Of a DNA stretch of 32,473 nucleotides, positions 1-7,097 are shown one piece after another. The stretch comes from Candidatus Nomurabacteria bacterium RIFCSPLOWO2_01_FULL_41_12 (lineage in GTDB: Bacteria > Patescibacteriota > Minisyncoccia > Phycocordibacterales > UBA9973). Location of the stretch: contig MFUY01000011.1 of assembly GCA_001787035.1 (NCBI GenBank), forward strand, positions 1 to 32,473, in the 5' to 3' direction. Position 1 is the first letter of the stretch; each line of letters begins with the position of its first letter. Made by a program: the position numbers and the translations under genes. Below the pieces are notes generated by a model. That model saw nothing but the letters and a program-made list of their open reading frames with translations, searched no databases and had not been told where the DNA came from.

Positions 1-2
1 TC

Positions 3-536
3 ACCTTAAGTGAAGATGGCACCAGTACTAACAACTCTTTCTTTGACTCTATCATCTCCATGTTCAAGAATGCTTTTGAGATTGTGTTTGAGAAGGGGCT
101 CCTGAAGGTGGCGAATATTATTACCGAGAAGCTCTCGGCCAGTGTCGGGTCGTTTAAGAAGGTGGAGTTGCAAGATGAAGATACTGGAGATGTCTATTGT
201 GTAAAGATAAAAAGCGGTCAAATATTGAGCACCCAAGGGAATTGCGAGTCTATCCAGGCAGAATCTTCTTCGGAGTCTGCTTCAGAAGAACCTACATCTG
301 AAACTACAACAGAGCCCCAGCCTACGCCAGACTCCTCTGCACAAGGCTCCGAAAGTCCAACGGAGGCTACGGCGGGCGAAGCAGAACCAGAGGTTTTTTC
401 CACGGAAGCTACAGTGGACGAGTCGGCGAGCCAACCAGCCCCCGAACCTGCACCTGAACCGGAACCCGAGCCGGAACCGGAAGTGATTCTGGAACCAGAG
501 CCTGCGCCAGAACCTACGCTAGAGGCAACTCAATAA
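3..536 (+). CDS. 3' part of a hypothetical protein with an acidic Ser/Thr/Glu/Pro low-complexity tail; the 5' end lies outside the window
   Basis: This frame is open from base 3 (TLSEDGTS... precedes the first Met at 60) and stops at TAA 534-536. The tail is GC-richer and ends PAPEPAPEPEPEPEPEVILEPEPAPEP. No catalytic motif was recognised. Confidence 0.5.
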   Translation, partial: TLSEDGTSTNNSFFDSIISMFKNAFEIVFEKGLLKVANIITEKLSASVGSFKKVELQDEDTGDVYCVKIKSGQILSTQGNCESIQAESSSESASEEPTSETTTEPQPTPDSSAQGSESPTEATAGEAEPEVFSTEATVDESASQPAPEPAPEPEPEPEPEVILEPEPAPEPTLEATQ

Positions 537-1359
537 AAAATGTTGAGCCCTTGCCTGCGCCTTCGGATTCTGCGGAGACGCGCCCTTTGTGCGCTTCTAC
601 CACTAACTTTACCGAATAAAGACCGTAACCAGTTGAGTCCACATTAACTTTGACTGATTCTTTGCCCCGCCCGCCTTCGGTAAATAAATTCTTTTTATCC
701 TCATCGGTGATGCCGATGCCAGTATCTTTAATAGAAAGGATAATTTTGTTTTCCCCACCTGCATCAGCTATGCCTGAAGCATTGCGGGCAGGTTTTGCGC
801 GCCTTAGGTCAACAATAATTTTACCCTCCTTTGTATACTTGATTGAGTTTTCAATCAAGTTGCTTACCGCTTCCTTTATCCAGAAGATGTCGCCTAGGAC
901 ATTATAAACACCTTCTTTTAAATTGCCTTCCATTGCCAGATTTTTCTTTTTTACTTCCGCATGTTTCTCTTTTAGAAGATTTTCTACCATATCTCGGAAA
1001 TCAAAAATTTTCATGTCATATTTTACTGTACCTTTTTGTAGGTTCGCGGCATTTAAAACCAAATCAATTGTTTTTATGCCTCCGTCATTTGCTTCGAGCC
1101 CCTCTTCGGCTATTTTTTTCATCTCTTCATTTGTTTCGCCAAAGGTGCCATCCAGCATTCCAGCAAAGATGTATTTTGAATGAGTGAAAGAACCCTTTAC
1201 TTTATGGGTGATAAGATGCATCAGGCTTTCCCTTTGCTTGTTCAAAGCATCGACTTCTTTATACAATCTCGCCAGTTCGAGATTTTGCTTGTACATTGCT
1301 TCCGTGACTTTTTTGTACTCTTCCGGATCAATAGGCTTATTTTCGTCGTTGGTAACCAT
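514..1359 (-). CDS. Soluble histidine kinase core (DHp plus HATPase_c) with no TM or sensor domain
   Basis: 281 aa with a coiled-coil N-terminus and an H-box-like LITHKVKGSFTHS. N box is NLIENSIKYT, G1 is IKDTGIGI, G2 is STGYGLYSVK...GSTFFIELP. It carries the 44-bp shared insert, encoding PARNASGIADAGGE. Confidence 0.8.
   Translation of the reverse strand: MVTNDENKPIDPEEYKKVTEAMYKQNLELARLYKEVDALNKQRESLMHLITHKVKGSFTHSKYIFAGMLDGTFGETNEEMKKIAEEGLEANDGGIKTIDLVLNAANLQKGTVKYDMKIFDFRDMVENLLKEKHAEVKKKNLAMEGNLKEGVYNVLGDIFWIKEAVSNLIENSIKYTKEGKIIVDLRRAKPARNASGIADAGGENKIILSIKDTGIGITDEDKKNLFTEGGRGKESVKVNVDSTGYGLYSVKLVVEAHKGRVSAESEGAGKGSTFFIELPLA
751..794 (-). repeat. 44-bp in-frame coding repeat, copy 1 (in the histidine kinase)
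   Basis: TTCCCCACCTGCATCAGCTATGCCTGAAGCATTGCGGGCAGGTT matches 24208-24251 at 41 of 44 positions. Orientation and reading frame are the same in both genes. Confidence 0.85.
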
Positions 1360-1368
1360 GGCAGATTA

Positions 1369-1647
1369 TTATTTCAAACTCTCCGGCACTTCTTCCGGCT
1401 TCATGCCGGAGAGTATATCCCGTACCGCGTCATGACAGACCGCATGCGAAGCTTTGCCGAAGATCCTTTCATACTGGGCGACCAGACGGTTTACAACATC
1501 TTTTCCATCTTCAGAGAAAGAAGCTGAACCGTGTGATTGATCAATAGTAAGTCCAGAAACTTTTTTTGCTTCATCCCACGCCAAAGGGCCGATGACGAGC
1601 TCTTGCTCCTTTATTATTCTTATGGGGATTTGAAGAATTGCGTCCAT
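1369..1647 (-). CDS. Hypothetical 92-aa protein between the TM protein and the kinase core
   Basis: An ORF with 9-nt gaps on both sides, in the same frame as both neighbours. No motif was recognised. Confidence 0.45.
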   Translation of the reverse strand: MDAILQIPIRIIKEQELVIGPLAWDEAKKVSGLTIDQSHGSASFSEDGKDVVNRLVAQYERIFGKASHAVCHDAVRDILSGMKPEEVPESLK

Positions 1648-1656
1648 AAATACTAA

Positions 1657-2484
1657 TTAAGATTCTTTTATCTTAATAAACATGCTGCCAATATGTATTA
1701 ATGCAATAGCCATCAAAAAATAAGAAATAGAATACAAATAATCATTAAAACCTCCGGCGCTCCACGCGCCAGCGTTTGCCTGATATAAAAACATGAAGTC
1801 CGATAAATATTGGATTATTAAAGCAAAGATTAAGAATAAAATAGGTTTTCGCATTACTCCGCCAAGGATATCCTTAGACAAGACTAAAGTTGCTATTGCG
1901 ATCGAGACATAAAATGCTTGGCCAAAAGGATAGCCAAAGTCTAAAAATATCTTCAGCTTTTGCGACCAATCAAATTCATATCCTTTCAGGAAAAAAGAGT
2001 ACGATACCCAAAGGATAATAATAGGTATGAGAATTAGATAAACTTTATTTTTTATTATCTTCCAAGACGAGCGAAAGCCGGAAACTCTGGCAAGATAAAT
2101 AATACCCGCTATATAAGCGATAACACTTCCGAAATAACCAATGTCCCCTATGGAAGGATAGGGCACCTCTATTTTTTCAAAGAAAATATAATAACTGTAA
2201 GCTGATTGCCCGAATGATTGCAATAGCAAGCCTAAAGAAAAAAGGCTTAAAGCTTTACCCAGCAAACTTTTATATCCACCCCAGCTTTTTGCGATCCAAA
2301 ATCCAGTAATGGCACCGAACAGAGCTAGTATTTGGTAACAAGCCGCAAAAAGCTGCTTGTTCTCCGCAGTTACATCAGGGAAGAAAAAATTAATATAAAT
2401 CCACCAAGCCGACAACCCTATAAACAACAGTAAGTTTACTATTAACAAAGGCTGTTTTTTAAAATTTTGTATCGCTTCTTCCAT
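1657..2484 (-). CDS. Polytopic membrane protein (about 8 TM), possibly a stand-alone sensor module
   Basis: 275 aa with successive hydrophobic helices. A PYPSIGDIGYF motif resembles N-terminal membrane domains of sensor kinases; this is a by-eye impression only. Confidence 0.6.
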   Translation of the reverse strand: MEEAIQNFKKQPLLIVNLLLFIGLSAWWIYINFFFPDVTAENKQLFAACYQILALFGAITGFWIAKSWGGYKSLLGKALSLFSLGLLLQSFGQSAYSYYIFFEKIEVPYPSIGDIGYFGSVIAYIAGIIYLARVSGFRSSWKIIKNKVYLILIPIIILWVSYSFFLKGYEFDWSQKLKIFLDFGYPFGQAFYVSIAIATLVLSKDILGGVMRKPILFLIFALIIQYLSDFMFLYQANAGAWSAGGFNDYLYSISYFLMAIALIHIGSMFIKIKES

Positions 2485-2508
2485 ATTTTTATCTTTAATA
2501 AAACGCCA

Positions 2509-3423
2509 TTATAATTTCACTATAACATACTTCTTTAAGAAAGAAGCAGGACGAAAAGAATTTTTAGAAAAACGCAAGGATGAAAGCCCTAAATCTTGTT
2601 CATAATTCATGAAATGCGAAATTTTGCTGATATTTTGAGCATAATTTTTAAGCATATATTCATACACACCTCCGTATTTTATGTCACCTTTGGTAAAATG
2701 ACACAAAACATAGTCCTGATTGATTATACTACTTATAGAAAATCCCACCAATTCTTCTTCGACATATAAGCATAGGAATAAAAATTTAGAATTTTCAAAC
2801 TTATTAAATGCGAGGAAAAATCTTTTGACGGCTTGAATTTCATTTTTTATATCGAAATTCACCAGCTTTTCAACCTTATGCTTGGCCCATTTTTCATCCA
2901 GCTTTAATATATCTTCTATAGTTTTTGGTTCTATTGTTTTATTGATTAAAATGCGGGCATTCGGGTAAGAATTTTTAAATTTATTATATAAGCATCTTTT
3001 GTTTTTGAATTTATTTCCAGAGTAATTGGCCAGATACTCATTTTTATAAATATAATCAAAATGATCAGGATCTTCTTCTAAAGAGTATGTCTTTAAGTCT
3101 AAATTTTTACTAACTATATCAGGCACCAATCTTAAGAGCGGTTTTACACCTTCTTTTTTTGCAAATTCCAAAAGTTCTTCCACCGTTTCGTTTATTTTAT
3201 TATTTCCCAAAAAAGAATAAAAAGGCTTGCTGGAAAGATAATCAGTAAAACGCACCACCAGATTGCCATTTAAGATAGAAAGGCGCATTTCGTCTTTTAT
3301 ATTCCAAGACCATAGGGATATAAAATTGAAATCAGAATATGGCGGAAATTGAGAAGTGATTTTTTCAACTTCTCTTTTGTCTAATAATTCTAAATTTTTA
3401 AATTGCGGAAATATAGGAATCAT
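2509..3423 (-). CDS. DUF2156 / LPG_synthase_C-like (COG4866) protein
   Basis: 304 aa. Pattern FNFISLWSWN, DYIYKNEYL, GNKFKNKRCLYNKF, VGFSIS...CHFTKGD..YGGVYEY, NYEQDLGLSSLRFSKNSFRP fits stand-alone MprF C-terminal-domain homologues. The start overlaps the upstream stop by 4 nt. Confidence 0.7.
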   Translation of the reverse strand: MIPIFPQFKNLELLDKREVEKITSQFPPYSDFNFISLWSWNIKDEMRLSILNGNLVVRFTDYLSSKPFYSFLGNNKINETVEELLEFAKKEGVKPLLRLVPDIVSKNLDLKTYSLEEDPDHFDYIYKNEYLANYSGNKFKNKRCLYNKFKNSYPNARILINKTIEPKTIEDILKLDEKWAKHKVEKLVNFDIKNEIQAVKRFFLAFNKFENSKFLFLCLYVEEELVGFSISSIINQDYVLCHFTKGDIKYGGVYEYMLKNYAQNISKISHFMNYEQDLGLSSLRFSKNSFRPASFLKKYVIVKL

Positions 3424-4019
3424 ATTGGGCTAACCACTTTTTTTAATGCTGGCCGCCAGACAAGGAAAAGAACGATACTCATATTGATGAAGAAATATAA
3501 GGCCCAACCAGATTCGGCCACAGACCAAGTTCTAATAGTAAAAATTTCCAAAACTGCCGATCCAAAGCCGAGCGTCCATCCCAGCCGATTTTCTTGTTCG
3601 GGGTTCACCCAGACATGGCGGAAATTTGGAACTGAAGCCAGAAAGTCAGCTGCAATACTAACCAATAATGCGATAATTGGTTCTCCAGTAAGAAGCCATA
3701 GACCTATACCCGCAAAAGCGCTCATTACGCAAAATTTATTTAAAAAATCCCAATTATTATCACCTTTTTTAACGGACAAAATTGCCACTCCGAGCTGGGA
3801 AAGACAAAGCCAAAGAGGTAATATTAAAACTTGCCAGGGTGCGCCAGCCGCTTTTGAACTTACTACTGTAATCATTGCTAAGATTGACCAAGTCCACCAT
3901 GATGCCCCGGAAGGTTTGGTCTGATTTTTTAAAATAGCTCTCACATATGGCACAAAAGCCACCACGGAAAGGGCGGCAGCTGCGATGCCTATTATAAAAT
4001 ACATTTTACTTGCTCCCAT
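3420..4019 (-). CDS. Integral membrane protein (about 6 TM), function unknown
   Basis: 199 aa, hydrophobic throughout. It overlaps the DUF2156 gene in an ATGA arrangement, which suggests co-translation. Confidence 0.55.
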   Translation of the reverse strand: MGASKMYFIIGIAAAALSVVAFVPYVRAILKNQTKPSGASWWTWSILAMITVVSSKAAGAPWQVLILPLWLCLSQLGVAILSVKKGDNNWDFLNKFCVMSAFAGIGLWLLTGEPIIALLVSIAADFLASVPNFRHVWVNPEQENRLGWTLGFGSAVLEIFTIRTWSVAESGWALYFFINMSIVLFLVWRPALKKVVSPI

Positions 4020-4052
4020 TTCATAATATTATACCACATAAACTTGTCCGCG

Positions 4053-4110
4053 CACTTACTTTTAAGATATTGAGGACAATTGCGATAAAGGCGCGTCTTA
4101 GAAGTAAGTG
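4053..4110. promoter_or_regulatory. 15-bp imperfect inverted repeat in the divergent intergenic region
   Basis: CACTTACTTTTAAGA (4053-4067) pairs with TCTTAGAAGTAAGTG (4096-4110) with one T/G position and a 28-nt spacer. It sits just upstream of the DksA-like gene. Confidence 0.3.
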
Positions 4111-4151
4111 TGTGGGCTTGCTATGAACATAAGACATGCTATGATTTGTGG

Positions 4152-4508
4152 ATGTTAGACAAGCAAAAAATTAAAGATAAACTGGAAAAAGAACGCGATA
4201 TGCTTTTAGAAGAACTGCGGGATATGGGCAAGCTCAATTCCGAGACGGGCGAGTGGGAAGCGACTCCGGAGGAATTGGATTTTCCACAGTCGGACCAAAA
4301 TGACATGGCGGACAGATTTGAAGACTTTGAAGCCAAAAGCTCAATGCTGAAAACACTCGAACCGAGATTGCAAAATATCTTGAAAGCGCTCAAAAGCATC
4401 AATAAGGAATCTTTCGGCAGGTGCGAAGTTTGTAAAAAAGACATAGAGCTGGCCCGCATGGACGCCAACCCTGCCGCCCGAACCTGCAAGAAGCATTTGG
4501 AAAACTAA
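4152..4508 (+). CDS. DksA/TraR-family zinc-finger protein
   Basis: Coiled-coil N-terminus and a C-terminal CEVC-x17-CKKH finger. The ATG at 4152 is preferred over the GTG at 4110, but the start is uncertain. Confidence 0.7.
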   Translation: MLDKQKIKDKLEKERDMLLEELRDMGKLNSETGEWEATPEELDFPQSDQNDMADRFEDFEAKSSMLKTLEPRLQNILKALKSINKESFGRCEVCKKDIELARMDANPAARTCKKHLEN

Positions 4509-4518
4509 TTGGATAGAG

Positions 4519-4545
4519 CGTCGCGCCAAATCGACTTGCGCGACG
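4519..4545 (+). other. GC-rich hairpin between the DksA-like gene and comM
   Basis: CGTCGCGC (4519-4526) and GCGCGACG (4538-4545) form an 8-bp stem with an 11-nt loop. There is no U-tract. It shares the CGCGACG motif with the repeat-core hairpin. Confidence 0.3.
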
Positions 4546-4561
4546 TGATTCCGCAGAATCA

Positions 4562-6118
4562 ATGTCATTTGCCAAAGTTTATTCAGCACAAGTAAATTTA
4601 TTAAAAGGAGTCATCGTGACTATAGAGGTGGACTTATCCAAGGGGCTACACACTTTTTCCGTCGTGGGTCTGCCGGATAAAGCAGTCGACGAGTCAAAGG
4701 ACAGAGTAAGCGGAGCCATAAAAAATTCTGGTTTCAAATCTCCTAAAGCCAAGAATCAAAAAATAACCGTTTCTCTTTCACCAGCTGACTTGAAAAAAGA
4801 AGGGCCGTTTTTTGATTTAGCTATTGCGATCGCTTATCTTAAGGCTGCCGGCGAAATTAAATTTAATTCAGAGAAAAAGATTTTCTTGGGTGAGCTAGGG
4901 CTCGACGGCACTCTGCGGAGCATCCGGGGAGCATTGCCACTTGCGGAAGAGGCCAAAAGGAGGGGATATCAGGAAATATATCTGCCGAGAGAAAATGCAG
5001 CTGAAGCGGCGCTCGTAGACGGCATAAAAGTTTTTGGAGCTGGCTCTTTAGAAGAAGTCATAGAACATATTGATGCCCCGACCAAAGTCGGGGTCCCGAC
5101 AAAGGTCGGGAAGAAAATTCCAGCTCAGCCGAAGACTAAGATAATTTATAAGAGGGAGATGAAAGGCGGGGACTTTGCCGATATCCGCGGGCAAGAAGGG
5201 GCGAAAAGGGGGCTGGAGATTGCGGCAGCCGGCGGGCACAATATAGCTATGTATGGTCCGCCGGGCACCGGCAAGACGATGCTGGCCCGGGTATTCTCGG
5301 GGCTGTTGCCTGATTTAAGTACTGATGAAGTCTTGGAAATAACAGGCATTCATTCCGTGGCGGGAAATGCGAGAGGCGAGCTGGTTTGCTTTCCTCCATT
5401 CCGCTCCCCGCACCATACCTCGTCTTATGTCTCTATTGTCGGTGGGGGAACATATCCCAAGCCGGGAGAAGTGACGCTCGCACATAGGGGAGTTTTATTT
5501 CTGGATGAATTTCCGGAATTTGAAAAGAGAGTGATAGAGTCTTTGCGCCAGCCACTTGAAGATAACATTGTTTCAATTTCTCGCGCCAAAGGCTCGGCGA
5601 TTTTCCCGTCTAACTTTATTTTAGTGGCGGCGATGAATCCTTGTCCTTGTGGGAATGCCGGAAGTAAACAGAAGCAATGTATCTGCAAACCCTCCGACTT
5701 GGACAGATATAAAAGAAAATTATCCGGGCCGATAATAGACAGGATTGATTTATGGCTTTCTGTCGGCAATGTAGATTATAAAAAGTTGGGAGGAGAGGGG
5801 ACGGGAGAGAGGAGTGAGAAGATAAAAGCGCGAGTAATAACAGCGCGGGAAATTCAGAAAAATAGATTTCAAAAATTAGGCCGAGATATAAGTACCAATA
5901 GCGAAATGAATGTAAAAGATTTGTCCAATATGGTAAAACTTACAAAAGAAGTCAGGGATTTGCTGGATGATAGTGCTGAACGCCTGGGTCTCTCTGCCCG
6001 CGCCTATCACCGGGTGATTAAAATCGCCCGCACCATCGCCGACTTGGAAAATTCTCCCGATGTAGGGGCGAATCATATATTAGAAGCTATTCAATATCGT
6101 CCGAAGGTTAATACGTAA
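4562..6118 (+). CDS. comM: ComM/YifB Mg-chelatase-like AAA+ ATPase
   Basis: 518 aa. Walker A is GPPGTGKT, Walker B is VLFLDEFPEF, and NPCPCGN is present. An N-terminal Lon/ChlI-like domain and a C-terminal LSARAYHRVIKIARTIADL are present. Confidence 0.85.
   Translation: MSFAKVYSAQVNLLKGVIVTIEVDLSKGLHTFSVVGLPDKAVDESKDRVSGAIKNSGFKSPKAKNQKITVSLSPADLKKEGPFFDLAIAIAYLKAAGEIKFNSEKKIFLGELGLDGTLRSIRGALPLAEEAKRRGYQEIYLPRENAAEAALVDGIKVFGAGSLEEVIEHIDAPTKVGVPTKVGKKIPAQPKTKIIYKREMKGGDFADIRGQEGAKRGLEIAAAGGHNIAMYGPPGTGKTMLARVFSGLLPDLSTDEVLEITGIHSVAGNARGELVCFPPFRSPHHTSSYVSIVGGGTYPKPGEVTLAHRGVLFLDEFPEFEKRVIESLRQPLEDNIVSISRAKGSAIFPSNFILVAAMNPCPCGNAGSKQKQCICKPSDLDRYKRKLSGPIIDRIDLWLSVGNVDYKKLGGEGTGERSEKIKARVITAREIQKNRFQKLGRDISTNSEMNVKDLSNMVKLTKEVRDLLDDSAERLGLSARAYHRVIKIARTIADLENSPDVGANHILEAIQYRPKVNT
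5076..5113 (+). repeat. In-frame 18-bp tandem duplication; each unit forms a GC hairpin
   Basis: Units CCGACCAAAGTCGGGGTC and CCGACAAAGGTCGGGAAG encode PTKVGV and PTKVGK. The hairpins are CCCCGAC-CAAA-GTCGGGG and CCCGAC-AAAG-GTCGGG. Confidence 0.8.
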
Positions 6119-6214
6119 AATAAATACTAACTAGTATATTAGCAACGGCCGTGTCTATTATACTAGTTTGCTTAATTGAGATTGCTCTAGTTCGGAGTTA
6201 TCCACAGGGGGTAT

Positions 6215-6244
6215 TTGACAAGTGAACGCTCGTTCACTTATACT
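6215..6244 (+). promoter_or_regulatory. Sigma-70-like promoter of the small-ORF/lexA operon
   Basis: TTGACA (6215-6220), an 18-nt spacer, then TATACT (6239-6244). It lies about 70 nt upstream of the ATG at 6312. Confidence 0.5.
6221..6238. promoter_or_regulatory. SOS (Cheo-type) LexA operator
   Basis: AGTGAACGCTCGTTCACT is a perfect 7-4-7 palindrome containing GAAC-N4-GTTC. It fills the spacer between the -35 and -10 elements upstream of lexA. Confidence 0.6.
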
Positions 6245-6311
6245 GGTTGGGTAGTCGAGTATTAGAAATATAAACATCCGCCTACGCTTAATAAGCTATA
6301 GCGAGACAAGT

Positions 6312-6506
6312 ATGTCACAAAAACAATATTTGAAGTTAGTAGAGAAGGAAATACAGAGAGTCAATAAGATTATTGACCAAAAGATTATCAAAGGGGAGAA
6401 TTATTGGAAAGAGGCAAAGGATCACAAGCTGCTTCTCCGTAAAATCCGCTTTCACGAACGCCGCAGTTTTTTCCGCCGGCTTTTTCCTACTTTTCTTTCA
6501 ATCTAG
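6312..6506 (+). CDS. Small basic 64-aa protein co-transcribed with lexA
   Basis: Its TAG stop is immediately followed by the lexA ATG at 6507. It lies behind the SOS-box promoter and has a hydrophobic C-terminal tail, FFRRLFPTFLSI. Confidence 0.45.
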   Translation: MSQKQYLKLVEKEIQRVNKIIDQKIIKGENYWKEAKDHKLLLRKIRFHERRSFFRRLFPTFLSI

Positions 6507-7097
6507 ATGAACAATCCCTACCAAACAAAGCTGGAATCTTTTTACTCTCAAAATAAAAGAATGCCGACGTATTCGGAGATGACAAAACTTTTTAATTTCA
6601 AAAGCAAAAACGCAGTTTTTCGTGTTGTTGAGAAATTGATGGAGGCTGGATTGGTCGCGAAGGATCATTTAGGTAGGCTTATGCCCAGTCAAGTTTTTGG
6701 TGAAATTCCTAAATTAGGATTAGTGACGGCGGGTTTCCCGGCGACAGTAGAAGAGGAATTAGCAGATACGGTTAACTTAGATGACTTACTTGTAAAAAAT
6801 AAGGCGCTCACTTATATGCTGGAAGTAGATGGAGACTCAATGATAGACGCGCATATAGAGAAAGGGGATATGGTGTTGGTGGAGAAAACTAACGTAGCCA
6901 AAGACGGCGAGATAGTGATAGCGGAAGTGGATGGGGAGTTTACGATGAAATATTTCCGCCGTTCGACTGTGCTCACGGCAGGCAAAAAGACAGAAAAAGT
7001 CTGGCTTGAGCCGGCGAATAAAAATTACCAGCCGATATATCCGGAGACCAGCCTAAACGTGATAGCAAAATTAAAGGCGGTGATTAGGAAATACTAA
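6507..7097 (+). CDS. lexA: LexA repressor (S24 peptidase)
   Basis: N-terminal wHTH, the VTAG/FP cleavage-site region, the GDSM Ser motif and the Lys motif in EFTMKYF. Confidence 0.85.
   Translation: MNNPYQTKLESFYSQNKRMPTYSEMTKLFNFKSKNAVFRVVEKLMEAGLVAKDHLGRLMPSQVFGEIPKLGLVTAGFPATVEEELADTVNLDDLLVKNKALTYMLEVDGDSMIDAHIEKGDMVLVEKTNVAKDGEIVIAEVDGEFTMKYFRRSTVLTAGKKTEKVWLEPANKNYQPIYPETSLNVIAKLKAVIRKY

Noticed and set aside
420-536. PEPEP/PAPEP repeats shared by the first ORF and the high-GC lipoprotein, as evidence that the two are related.
   Set aside because: This is low-complexity Pro/Glu linker sequence. The similarity is confined to the repeat, and nucleotide composition elsewhere differs sharply.
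3403-3924. A 173-aa plus-strand ORF.
   Set aside because: It lies entirely antisense to a well-formed polytopic membrane-protein ORF that is translationally coupled to the DUF2156 gene. Its product is basic, low complexity and has no motifs.
6198-6206. Perfect DnaA boxes as evidence for oriC.
   Set aside because: There are only isolated single boxes, 23 kb apart. There is no box cluster, no AT-rich unwinding element pattern, and no dnaA or dnaN neighbourhood.
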